DNA from: an uncultured Gemmatimonadales bacterium
GTDB lineage: Bacteria > Gemmatimonadota > Gemmatimonadetes > Longimicrobiales > RSA9
Direction of reading: 5' to 3'
DNA length: 64,000 nucleotides
Assembly: GCA_963816355.1 (NCBI GenBank)
Contig: CAWFKH010000003.1
Coordinates: 512,001-576,000 of the forward strand
Under the pieces are notes generated by a model. That model saw nothing but the letters and a program-made list of their open reading frames with translations, did not search any database and had not been told where the DNA came from. This document shows positions 1 to 8,772 of this stretch, piece after piece. The first letter of the stretch is position 1. Each line of letters begins with the position of its first letter. Position numbers and translations under genes: made by a program.

Positions 1-1
1 C

Positions 2-241
2 GACCGCCTGTGCCCGGGCGAGCGGCTGCTGCTCGTGCCCGACCCGCCGGGCGCCGACGAGCCGGAGATCTGGGTCCACCATCGCGAAGGGGACCTGATC
101 GGGCACCTGCCGCCGGAGATCGGCGAATGGCTCGTGCCCTGGATGCGCTCCGGCGGAACCGCGGTCGCGCACGCCGTCCGTGTCGAGGGCGACGACGCCC
201 CGAGCTGGCGCCGGCTGCTGATCGAGGTCGACTGCCGCTGA
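2..241 (+). CDS. HIRAN-domain-like protein, 5' partial
   Basis: Frame open from window edge: DRLCPGERLLLVPDPPGADEPEIWVHHREGDLIGHLPPEIGEWL, resembling the HIRAN pattern L..GE.L.L.PEP.N..D..AI.V...G..IG.LP. Confidence 0.55.
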   Translation, partial: DRLCPGERLLLVPDPPGADEPEIWVHHREGDLIGHLPPEIGEWLVPWMRSGGTAVAHAVRVEGDDAPSWRRLLIEVDCR

Positions 242-252
242 AGGCTCCGCGC

Positions 253-987
253 CTACAGGCTGCGCGCTCCCATCGTCACGACATCCGCGATTTCGACCGT
301 CTCCGCCGTCCAGAACGGCTCGCCGTAGGCGCGCCGGATCCACGAGCCGTAGTGCGCCGCGTGGGCGAGGATCTGTTCGCGCAGCGGACGCTCGCCGCCG
401 CCGAAGATGTCGCCAGCCCAGGTGCGTCCCTCGAACTGCGACCGGAAGGCGAAGAGTGCCTCCAGCTTGCGCTCCATCTGATCGCTGATGTCGACGACGA
501 ACGATGGCTTGCGGTGGGTCTCGTCGTAGGAGAGGCAGTAGAGGATTTTGTTCGGGCGGTGCGGCTCGCCCCCGACCGGGGCGCGTCGCAGGCCGGCGAC
601 GAAACAGGCGCCGTAGCCGACCTCGCGGGCGGCGTGATGGTCCGGATGACGGCCGCCGGGGCCGTGAAGGATCACCGTTCGTGGCCGCAACGCGCGCACG
701 TGCGCGGCGACCACGGCGCGCGCCTCGGGTGTGTCCGAGAGCGCGCCGTCGCTCAGCCCGGCTCCGATGCGCACCGCCAGGCCGAGGATGCGCGCGGATT
801 CGGCGGCCTCCTCGGCGCGCGTGTCGGCGCTGCCCCACGTTCCCGCTTCGCCGCCGGTGAGGTCCAGGATGCCGGTGCGGTAGCCGGCGTCGGCGGCGCG
901 CAGCAGGGTTCCACCGCAGAGCAGCTCCGCGTCGTCCGGATGCGCGGCGATCGCGAGGAGATCGACGGCGGCGTCGCCCGGCGTCAT
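253..987 (-). CDS. bshB1: Bacillithiol biosynthesis deacetylase BshB1 (PIG-L family)
   Basis: AHPDDAEL and RHPDH PIG-L motifs, DLTGGEAGT, FVVDISDQMERKLEA..AFRSQF, YGEPF; ATG at 987 overlaps the permease stop (ATGA). Confidence 0.85.
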   Translation of the reverse strand: MTPGDAAVDLLAIAAHPDDAELLCGGTLLRAADAGYRTGILDLTGGEAGTWGSADTRAEEAAESARILGLAVRIGAGLSDGALSDTPEARAVVAAHVRALRPRTVILHGPGGRHPDHHAAREVGYGACFVAGLRRAPVGGEPHRPNKILYCLSYDETHRKPSFVVDISDQMERKLEALFAFRSQFEGRTWAGDIFGGGERPLREQILAHAAHYGSWIRRAYGEPFWTAETVEIADVVTMGARSL

Positions 988-2222
988 TCGAAGCGGAGCG
1001 CGACGACCGGATCGAGACGCGCGGCGCGCCACGCCGGCCACAGCCCGAAGAAGCCGCCCGCGACGATCGCCATCGAGAGCGCGGCGATCACGGCGCCGAC
1101 CGGCACGCGCGCCGGGATCGGCGTCGCGGCCGCGATGAGGAATGCCACGCCGCCGCCGAAGACCATGCCGATCGCGCTGCCGACGAGGGTGAGCGTGGCC
1201 GCCTCGACGAGGAACTGCCAGAGGATCTCGCGCTTCGTGGCGCCGAGCGCCTTGCGGATGCCGATCTCCCGCGTCCGCTCGGTCACGGCGATCATCATGA
1301 TCGCGACCACACCGACGCCGCCCACCATGAGCGCCACGGAGGAGAGCGCGATCATGATCAGGAAGAAGATGCCCGTGATGCGGTTGAAGGTGCGGAGCAG
1401 CTCCTCCTGGCGGACGAGGACGAAGTCGTTGTCCTGGCCGGGGCGCAGGCCGTGGCGGATGCGCATCGTGGCCACCACCTGGTCCATAGCGTCCTGCTGC
1501 GTCGCCTCCGGTCCCGTGACCACGAGCACGTTGAGGAAGTCGTCGTTCAGCCGCAGATACTTGAACGCCGCAGTGTAGGGCACGATCGCGATGTTCTTGA
1601 TCACGCTGCTGAAGATGTTCTCCTCGACCTGGAAGATGCCGATCACCTGGAACGACTGGCCGTCGATGCGGACCCTGCGGCCGAGTGGATTGAGGGTGCT
1701 GAAGAGCTGATCCGCCAGCGGCTTCGAGATGATGACCACCGGACGCGCCGCGTTCAGCTCGGTGCCAAGGAAGTCGCGGCCGGCGACGATCCGACCCTGG
1801 GTGAAGTCCGTCCAGCCGGAGCCGAGCGCCTTCATGTTCACGCCCGAGACGTGCTCCCGGCCCGCCGTCATCGTCGCGTTGAAGTCGCTGCTCACGATCG
1901 CCTGGTCGACGCGGTCCAGCTCCGCCACCGCGCGCGCGTCCGCCGGCGTGATCTTCGGGTTGTCGGCCCACGGCGGTCGGCCGCCGTCGTTGACGAGCTG
2001 CACGTTGTTGAAGTCGAAGCGCTCCAGCACGAAGTTCTTCGGACCCGCCGCCGCGACCGCCTCCGTGATCGTCGTCCGGATGCCGGAGATCATGGCGCTC
2101 ATCGCCATGACCGTCGCCACGCCGACGACGATGCCCAGGATCGTGAGCGCGGAGCGGAAGCGGTTCGCGTTCAACTGGTCCAGCGCCAGCCGGACTCCCT
2201 CCATCAGGCTCGCGGCGCGCAT
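984..2222 (-). CDS. ABC transporter permease (MacB/FtsX family)
   Basis: RSALTILGIVVGVATV, VGGVGVVAIMMIAVTERTREIGIRKALGA, PAWRAARLDPVVALRFE. Confidence 0.92.
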   Translation of the reverse strand: MRAASLMEGVRLALDQLNANRFRSALTILGIVVGVATVMAMSAMISGIRTTITEAVAAAGPKNFVLERFDFNNVQLVNDGGRPPWADNPKITPADARAVAELDRVDQAIVSSDFNATMTAGREHVSGVNMKALGSGWTDFTQGRIVAGRDFLGTELNAARPVVIISKPLADQLFSTLNPLGRRVRIDGQSFQVIGIFQVEENIFSSVIKNIAIVPYTAAFKYLRLNDDFLNVLVVTGPEATQQDAMDQVVATMRIRHGLRPGQDNDFVLVRQEELLRTFNRITGIFFLIMIALSSVALMVGGVGVVAIMMIAVTERTREIGIRKALGATKREILWQFLVEAATLTLVGSAIGMVFGGGVAFLIAAATPIPARVPVGAVIAALSMAIVAGGFFGLWPAWRAARLDPVVALRFE

Positions 2223-2225
2223 CGG

Positions 2226-3467
2226 CTACTCGTGGCGCAGCGCGACGACCGGATCCATCCGGCTCGCGCGGGACGCGGGGTAGAGGCCGGCGAGCACGCC
2301 GACCAGCGTGCCGACGGTCGCGGCGAGCACCATCCAGCGCGGCGCGATCGTCGCCGGCAGCGGCGACAGGCGCCGCACCAGCAGGGCGAGCAGCGAGCCG
2401 AGCCCGATTCCGACGGCGGCCCCGGCGAGCGAGAGCGTCGCCGACTCGATGACGATCTGGAAGAGGATGTCGCCGCGGCGCGCGCCGAGCGCCTTGCGCA
2501 GGCCGATCTCGCGCGTCCGCTCCGTGACGGACACGAGCATGATGTTCATCACCACCATCCCGCCGACGACCAGCGCGATCGCGACCAGGCCGGGGAAGGC
2601 GATGTAGAGGATGCGGCTGATCTTGGTCCAGAACGACATCGAGTCGTCGGCCGTCTCCAGCTCGAAGTCGTCACCCTGGTACGGGCGCAGCCGGTGACGC
2701 CGCCGCATGATCGCCTCCATCTCCATGCGCGCCGAGGTCATCGTGGCGGGATCGTCCGTGCGCACGAGGATCTCGTCCACCACGCCGTGCGGGTTGACGT
2801 GCCGGGCCATGGCGGAGCGGGACGGCGCGATGCCACGGTTGTCGAGCGACATCCCGAAGAGGGAGCCCTGCTCCTTCAGCACGCCGATCACGCGGAACCG
2901 ATCGCCGTCGATGCGGACGAAGCGGCCGAGCGGGTCGCGCGCGCCGAACAGCTTGTCCGCCGACTGGCTGCCCAGCACGACGACGGGCGCGCCGCGCTCG
3001 TCCTCGAGCTCGGTGAAGAGGCGCCCGCGTTCGACGTCGTACTCGCGGATGCGGAAGAAGTCGGCGGACGCGGCCGTCAGCCAGACGTTGTCGACCTCCG
3101 TGCCGTCGTCCGAGCGCACTTTCCCGGTCCCCATGCTCGAGACCGCGACGAGGGCCGGGACGCGCAGCTGCGCCGCGATGGCGCTGGCGTCCTCGAGCTC
3201 GAGGCGCGGCCGGCGCCGGCGAGCCCTCTGCTCCTCCTCCGTCGTGTTCGTCTGCACGGAGGGCGTGCGACGCACGGTGATCGTGTTGAGCCCGTAGACG
3301 AGCTTGGCGAAGTCCTCCTCCATGTAGCGGTTGAGGCCTTCGACCACGCTGACGACCGTCATCAGGAACATGGCGCCGATGAGCACGCCGATGACGGCGA
3401 AGAAGCTCTTCAGCTTCTGCGACCGGATCTGGTCGAGGGCGAGGCGAAGTCCGTCTACGCGGCGCAC
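2226..3467 (-). CDS. ABC transporter permease (MacB/FtsX family), paralog
   Basis: VGGMVVMNIMLVSVTERTREIGLRKALGA, YPASRASRMDPVVALRHE. Confidence 0.92.
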   Translation of the reverse strand: MRRVDGLRLALDQIRSQKLKSFFAVIGVLIGAMFLMTVVSVVEGLNRYMEEDFAKLVYGLNTITVRRTPSVQTNTTEEEQRARRRRPRLELEDASAIAAQLRVPALVAVSSMGTGKVRSDDGTEVDNVWLTAASADFFRIREYDVERGRLFTELEDERGAPVVVLGSQSADKLFGARDPLGRFVRIDGDRFRVIGVLKEQGSLFGMSLDNRGIAPSRSAMARHVNPHGVVDEILVRTDDPATMTSARMEMEAIMRRRHRLRPYQGDDFELETADDSMSFWTKISRILYIAFPGLVAIALVVGGMVVMNIMLVSVTERTREIGLRKALGARRGDILFQIVIESATLSLAGAAVGIGLGSLLALLVRRLSPLPATIAPRWMVLAATVGTLVGVLAGLYPASRASRMDPVVALRHE

Positions 3468-3476
3468 GTGCCGTGC

Positions 3477-4178
3477 TCAGACCGCGACGGCGCGCGCGAC
3501 GTCGCTCTCGATGCGGCCGTCGCGCAGCGTCACCGAGCGGTGCGCGTGCTCCGCGATGTCGTGCTCGTGCGTGACGAGGATGATCGTCTGGCCGGTCCCG
3601 TGCAGCTCGTCGAAGAGCGCCATGATCTCGGAGCTGGTGACGCTGTCCAGATTCCCCGTCGGCTCGTCCGCGAGGAGGATCGCCGGCGCGTTGACGAGCG
3701 CGCGGGCCACGGCGACACGCTGGCGCTGGCCGCCCGAGAGCTCGGAGGGGCGGTGCGTCATGCGATCGGCGAGGCCGACCTGCTGGAGGAGGCGCTCGGC
3801 GCGCTCGCGACGCTCCTTCGCGCTGATCCCGGCATAGATCAGCGGCAGCTCCACGTTGTGCAGCGCGCTGGCGCGCGGCAGCAGGTTGAAGGTCTGGAAG
3901 ACGAAGCCGATCTCGCGGTTGCGGATGCGGGCGAGCTCGTCGTCGTCGAGCTTCGAGACCGCCGTTCCGTTCAGCCAGTATTCGCCGCCGCTCGGCGTGT
4001 CGAGGCAGCCGATCAGGTTCATCAGCGTCGACTTGCCGGAGCCGGAGGGCCCCATGATGGCCAGGTATTCGTTGCGATCCACCTGCAACTCGACGCCCCG
4101 CAGCGCGTGCACCGTCTCGGAGCCGAGAATGTAGTCCTTGCGCAGGTCCTCGGTACGGATCACGGACTGAGCGTTCAT
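3477..4178 (-). CDS. ABC transporter ATP-binding protein (MacB/LolD-like)
   Basis: Walker [10 protein letters not shown], signature LSGGQRQRV, Walker [16 protein letters not shown] at 4178 overlaps the upstream stop. Confidence 0.95.
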   Translation of the reverse strand: MNAQSVIRTEDLRKDYILGSETVHALRGVELQVDRNEYLAIMGPSGSGKSTLMNLIGCLDTPSGGEYWLNGTAVSKLDDDELARIRNREIGFVFQTFNLLPRASALHNVELPLIYAGISAKERRERAERLLQQVGLADRMTHRPSELSGGQRQRVAVARALVNAPAILLADEPTGNLDSVTSSEIMALFDELHGTGQTIILVTHEHDIAEHAHRSVTLRDGRIESDVARAVAV

Positions 4179-5488
4179 CAACGACCTCCCTGGCGTGCAG
4201 TGTCCGGCTTGGCCGGCGTCGTGGTCATCAGGCGCACCGCCTTGCCCTCCTCCATCTCGCGGATCGCCTCGTACGGGCCCGCGATCACGGAGTCGCCCGG
4301 GGCGACGCCGTTCAGGACCTCGAAGTAATCCTGGCCGGCGATGCCGACGCTGACCGGGACGAAGTGCGCTTTGCCCTCCCGGTAGAGGAAGACGCCCTCC
4401 TGGTCGGTATCGTTGAGCCGGGCGCGGTCCTGCGCCTGCCGCGCCTGCGGCTCCTCGAGCGGGATCTTCTGCTCCGGCTTCGCCTCGCGGACGGTGAGCG
4501 CGATGATCGGTACGGAGATCGCGCCGCCGCGCTTCGCCGTCACGATCTCCGCCGTCGCGGAGAGGTCCGGCCGCAGCGTGGGCGGTGGGTCGTCCAGCGT
4601 GATCACCACCTCGAAGTCGATCGCCTGGCTGCTCGTCCCGCCGGACAGCGACTTGGCGGCGTCCTCCGGCGAGCGGATCGCACTGTGGCCGATCTCCGTC
4701 ACGCGGCCGGTGAACTTCTGGCGCGGGAAGGCGTCGATGTCGACGGTCGCGCTGTCGCCCAGTTGGATCTGGGGCACGTCCGTCTCGTCCACCTGCACGA
4801 CGGCCTCCATCGTCGCCATGTCGCTGATCGTCAGCAGCAGGCTGCCCGGATTGTTCATCGTTCCGACGATCGCCATCTCGCCCTGCTCGATGTTGAGGCG
4901 GGTGACGACGCCGCTGAGCGGCGCGCGGATGACGGTCTTGGCGAGGTTGTTCTGCGCCTCGTCGAGCGCGGCGCGTGCCTGCGCGACGCGGAAGCGCGCG
5001 GCCTGCAGAAGTGCCATCTGCGATTTCGCCTGGGCGTCCGCGTCGTCCAGCTCGCGCTGGCTGACCAGCGTCTTGTCGGACTTCGCGATGTTCTGCAGAC
5101 GATCGAGCGCTCGCTGCGCCTGGATCTGGTTCGCGAGCGCCTGCGCCGCCGACGCCCCCGCTTCGCTGACCGCCGCCCTCGCCCGCTCGACCGCGGCCTG
5201 GTACTGGGTGGGGTCGATGCGGAGAAGGAGCTGACCATCGTCCACGTGGTCGCCCTCCTTCACGTTCATCTCGACCACGCGTCCCATGATGTCGGACTGC
5301 ACGTCGACCGCGCTGTGCGGCCGCACCCAGCCGCTCGACGTGACCGTCGCGACGAGGTCGCGCCGCTGCACCGGATCGACGCGAACCGCCACGCCGCCGT
5401 TGTTGCCGCGCGCGCCGAGCACCACGATCGTTCCGACGACGACGATCACGCCGCCTGCGGTCAAACTCCACTTCGTGCGTCGCTTCAT
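4178..5488 (-). CDS. Efflux periplasmic adaptor / membrane fusion protein (MacA-like)
   Basis: N-terminal anchor, lipoyl-like VKEGDHV, coiled-coil hairpin, [15 protein letters not shown]. Confidence 0.9.
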   Translation of the reverse strand: MKRRTKWSLTAGGVIVVVGTIVVLGARGNNGGVAVRVDPVQRRDLVATVTSSGWVRPHSAVDVQSDIMGRVVEMNVKEGDHVDDGQLLLRIDPTQYQAAVERARAAVSEAGASAAQALANQIQAQRALDRLQNIAKSDKTLVSQRELDDADAQAKSQMALLQAARFRVAQARAALDEAQNNLAKTVIRAPLSGVVTRLNIEQGEMAIVGTMNNPGSLLLTISDMATMEAVVQVDETDVPQIQLGDSATVDIDAFPRQKFTGRVTEIGHSAIRSPEDAAKSLSGGTSSQAIDFEVVITLDDPPPTLRPDLSATAEIVTAKRGGAISVPIIALTVREAKPEQKIPLEEPQARQAQDRARLNDTDQEGVFLYREGKAHFVPVSVGIAGQDYFEVLNGVAPGDSVIAGPYEAIREMEEGKAVRLMTTTPAKPDTARQGGR

Positions 5489-7062
5489 CGCGACTCCCCG
5501 GTGGTGCGGAGAGGTTCGCCGACCGCGCTCTCGAGCTGGGCGAAGCTCTCGTGGAAGGTGTAGCGAGCCTGCAGATACGCTCGATCGGCGCGCGCCTTGA
5601 TCGTCTCGGCGTCGATGAGATCGACGAAGCTCGTCAGGCCGAGGCGGTAGCGCTCGCGCGCCAGCCCGAGCTGCTCGGCGGCGAGGTCGGCGTTGCGCTG
5701 CTCGAGGCCGACGGTCCGATACGCCGTCTGGAGCGTGTGCAGCGCCGTCGTCACGTCCGTGCGCAGCTTCAGCTCCGTCGCGCGCACGCGGTACGTCGCG
5801 TCGTCCGCGTCGGCGCGCGCCTGCTGGAGCTGACGCTCACGCGAGAACCCGTTGAAGATCGGCAGGGACAGCCGCGCCTGCAACGTCATCGGCTGCTGCG
5901 TGAAGTCGAACGGGAACACCTGGTTCTGGCTGCGGATCCGCGAGCGCTGCTCGTCGCTGAGCAACAGCGTCGAGCAATCCACCGGGAAGCCGGCCAGCGG
6001 AGAGGTGAGGCGGTCCGAGATCTGGTTGAAGATGCCGCAGCTCTCGAAGCTCGACTCGGCGCTCTGCTCCGCCTGCCGCACGAGCGCGTCGGTGCTGCCC
6101 GCCTGGCGCGTGTAGCCGGACCAGCCGACGGACATGCTCAGCGTCGGGAAATAGGCGCTCGCGGCAGCGCGGACCGTCGCGTCGCTCGCCTTGGCGGTGG
6201 AGCGGTCGGCGCGCAGCGTCGGATTGCGCGACATCGCGCGCTCGATCAGCTCCTGCGCCGTCCACGCCGGGTCGAAGACCTCGAACGTCGTGGTGAGATC
6301 GAACGCCTGGTCGAACGGTGCACCGAGCGTCTCCATGAGGCGCATCTTCGCGTTGTCGAGATCGCTCTGCGCGGTGATCAGGTCGACCTCCTTGCGCCCA
6401 CGCTCGACCTCGGCCTGCTTCGCCTCCAGCTCGATCACGTCGCCCACCTCGACGCGCGCCCTGGCGAGCTTCAGATTCTCTGTGGCGTCGTCGAGCTCCG
6501 CCTGCGCCAGCTTCACGGCGTCCTGCGCGAGGAGGACGCCGATGTACTGCACCTTGACCTGGCTGTCGAGGTCGGAGCCGGCGGCGGTCGCCCGCGCCTC
6601 CGTCGAACGCCGGCTCGCCTTCGCTTGCGCCAGGTCGAAGAAGGTGGAGCCGCCGATCTGATAGCTCAGGCCGAGCGAATAGTCGGAGTAGTAGTACGCC
6701 TGCTGCTGCAGCCCGAGGTCGGAGGCGCTGAAGATGCCGATCTGCGGATTGCCCTTCGCCTGGTACTGCATCCCCAGGCTCGCGTTCGCCGAGGGCAGCA
6801 GCCGGCCGTACGCGGCGCGCACGTCCCAATCGGCGGCGGACAGGTTGTTGCGCTGCTGCAGGAAGTTCGGGTTGTTCTGCCGGGCCAGCTCGATGGCGCG
6901 CTCGAGCGTGAGCTGCATCGGAGCGGGCTGTTGCTGCGCCGTCTGCGGTGCCTCCGCGGGCGTCTGCGCCACCGCTCCCGCTGGGGCCGCGAGGAGGAGC
7001 CCGCCGAGCAGCGCGGCGGCGGGCGTCGACCGCAGTGTGCGGCCCATCGTCGTCGATGACAC
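5485..7062 (-). CDS. TolC family outer membrane efflux protein
   Basis: Signal peptide, [33 protein letters not shown]; start uncertain, GTG 7062 chosen for its GGAG SD. Confidence 0.88.
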   Translation of the reverse strand: MSSTTMGRTLRSTPAAALLGGLLLAAPAGAVAQTPAEAPQTAQQQPAPMQLTLERAIELARQNNPNFLQQRNNLSAADWDVRAAYGRLLPSANASLGMQYQAKGNPQIGIFSASDLGLQQQAYYYSDYSLGLSYQIGGSTFFDLAQAKASRRSTEARATAAGSDLDSQVKVQYIGVLLAQDAVKLAQAELDDATENLKLARARVEVGDVIELEAKQAEVERGRKEVDLITAQSDLDNAKMRLMETLGAPFDQAFDLTTTFEVFDPAWTAQELIERAMSRNPTLRADRSTAKASDATVRAAASAYFPTLSMSVGWSGYTRQAGSTDALVRQAEQSAESSFESCGIFNQISDRLTSPLAGFPVDCSTLLLSDEQRSRIRSQNQVFPFDFTQQPMTLQARLSLPIFNGFSRERQLQQARADADDATYRVRATELKLRTDVTTALHTLQTAYRTVGLEQRNADLAAEQLGLARERYRLGLTSFVDLIDAETIKARADRAYLQARYTFHESFAQLESAVGEPLRTTGESR

Positions 7063-7109
7063 TGAACTCCGCTCCTGGATTGTGGTGCCGATCACCGGTC
7101 GTTCTGCCG

Positions 7110-7136
7110 TACGCCCGGGGCGAGCCGTCGGTTTCA
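7110..7136 (-). promoter_or_regulatory. ECF sigma (SigW-like) promoter of the tolC-MFP-ABC-bshB1 operon
   Basis: Minus strand reads TGAAAC-N17-CGTA about 50 nt upstream of tolC. Confidence 0.6.
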
Positions 7137-7171
7137 GGCGCCGGCCGCGGGCGAGAATGGGACCGGTTGCG

Positions 7172-7885
7172 TCAGGGCGCGCTGGTGCGCACCGCGGCGT
7201 ACTGGCGGGCCGGGATCTCGACCCGCAGGATGCGGCCCTGGTCGTCGACCCAGACGTCGCGCGCGTCCCCGCCGCGGAGGGTCACGACGAGGTGGCGCGC
7301 CGGCACGCGCTTTCCACCCACCTCGACGCTCTCCTGGCCCGCGCTGCTGAGCTGCGCCATGACCTGTCGATTCTCGCTCGGCACGAGCAGCGGCAGCGTG
7401 GTCGCGCCCGCCGCGGCGGCGCGCGCCACGAAGTAGTACTGGTGCGCCACGCCCTCGTCGACGACGACGGCGCCGTCGCCGGCGAGGTACTCGCGCATCT
7501 GCTCGCCCGAAGGAGAGACGATCTTGGCGCTGAAGCGGCCGCCGGCGAGCCGACCCGCGATCCGCTTCTCGCCGTCGCCCTCGATCTGGACCTGGTAGAC
7601 GGCGGGTCGCAGCTTCGCGCCCGTGAGCTCGAGCGAGGAGTTCACGGTCCGGTTGTCGAGCGTGACGCGGCCCTGCGCCACCACGACGGCGTCGCTGCCC
7701 GCTCCGCTCTCACGAATGGAGAAGGTTTCGCGCCCGACTTCGTGGCCGGCTACCATGATGCGGAAGGTGCCTTCGTCGAGGGTCTGGTTCTGGGCACGCG
7801 CCGCGGCGGGCACGGCCAGCGGCGCGGTCAGAATCAGCGCGGCGACCGTGGCGGGCGCGAAGACGTGGCGTGGCGTTCGTCGCAA
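7172..7885 (-). CDS. Secreted hypothetical beta-rich protein (possibly DUF3108/DUF6134-like)
   Basis: TTG start after GGAGGTG; signal peptide ending ARA-Q; C-terminal GQESVEVGGKRVPARH...DVWVDDQGRILRV. Confidence 0.6.
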   Translation of the reverse strand: MRRTPRHVFAPATVAALILTAPLAVPAAARAQNQTLDEGTFRIMVAGHEVGRETFSIRESGAGSDAVVVAQGRVTLDNRTVNSSLELTGAKLRPAVYQVQIEGDGEKRIAGRLAGGRFSAKIVSPSGEQMREYLAGDGAVVVDEGVAHQYYFVARAAAAGATTLPLLVPSENRQVMAQLSSAGQESVEVGGKRVPARHLVVTLRGGDARDVWVDDQGRILRVEIPARQYAAVRTSAP

Positions 7886-8022
7886 ATTCACCTCCGGATC
7901 GGGGGTAGGCTCGTCTACCCCGCAGGCGGAAACAGGTGCCGCTCCGCGGGCGGGATGCGGGCGGCGGAGAAGCGGAAGGCGGTCGCTCCGGAGGCGGTCG
8001 GCCCACGTGGCGGCGGCCGAGC

Positions 8023-8772
8023 TCAAAGCGTATCGGTGTCGTCCGGGTCGGTCGTCAGGAACACGGCGCGGCGGATCCCGTCGTGGAGGCGGCCGTAGAT
8101 GCGCTCACCCTTTTCGGCGGAGGCGGCGCTGGGGAACCCGACGACGCCCGCGCCGCCGGCGGCGGGAGCAGGCATGCCGCCCTCGAGGTATCTGTGGAAT
8201 TCGGCGGGGTCGAGCTCGAAGTCGCGCGCGCGGTCCATCCGAACGAGTTCGGGGTAGAGGTGCAGCATGACGGAGGTCTCGGCCTCACCGGCGTGCTGAG
8301 GCCCCGGCTGGCGCTCGAGCAGGTCCGCGATGTCGACGTCCCAGGCCTCGACGACCCGGACGCGGGCGGCGTCCGTGATGAGGCCGGCGAGCGCCTCGAG
8401 GTGCGGCTCGTGCCGGTGCGCGGTGATCAGGATGAATTCGCGGAAACCATGCTCCTCCCAACACGCGAGAAGCTCGTTGAGGGCGCGGTGCAGCACCTTC
8501 TTGCCGAGCGAGGCGGTGCCCGCGAAGCCGCGGTCCGTCGGCACGTTCACGCCGTAATGGAAGGTCGGCGCCCGCAGGACGCGGAACTCCTCGGAGAGAT
8601 CGCCGGCGAGGCGTCTCGAGATGAGGACGTTGCTGCCGAGCGGCAGGTGCGGCCCGTGCTGCTCGAGCGCGCCGACCGGGATGATGAGGCGCGGATCGCG
8701 CGCCACGTGGGCCGCGACTTCGATCCAGCTCAGCTCGTCGAGACCGAGAAGGTTTCGTGACTCAGCGTTCAT
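8023..8772 (-). CDS. Creatininase family amidohydrolase
   Basis: IPVGALEQHGPHLPLG, GFAGTASL, HAGEAETSVML, GVVGFP..ASAEKG. Confidence 0.88.
   Translation of the reverse strand: MNAESRNLLGLDELSWIEVAAHVARDPRLIIPVGALEQHGPHLPLGSNVLISRRLAGDLSEEFRVLRAPTFHYGVNVPTDRGFAGTASLGKKVLHRALNELLACWEEHGFREFILITAHRHEPHLEALAGLITDAARVRVVEAWDVDIADLLERQPGPQHAGEAETSVMLHLYPELVRMDRARDFELDPAEFHRYLEGGMPAPAAGGAGVVGFPSAASAEKGERIYGRLHDGIRRAVFLTTDPDDTDTL

Noticed and set aside
10..7059. Long plus-strand ORFs (10-1578, 1452-4328, 5551-7059)
   Set aside because: Antisense shadows of clear minus-strand genes; Arg/Ala/Gly-rich with no motifs, as expected at very high GC
8023..8772. Mycofactocin peptidase MftE or a RiPP cluster
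   Set aside because: No radical SAM enzyme, precursor peptide or other mft genes nearby
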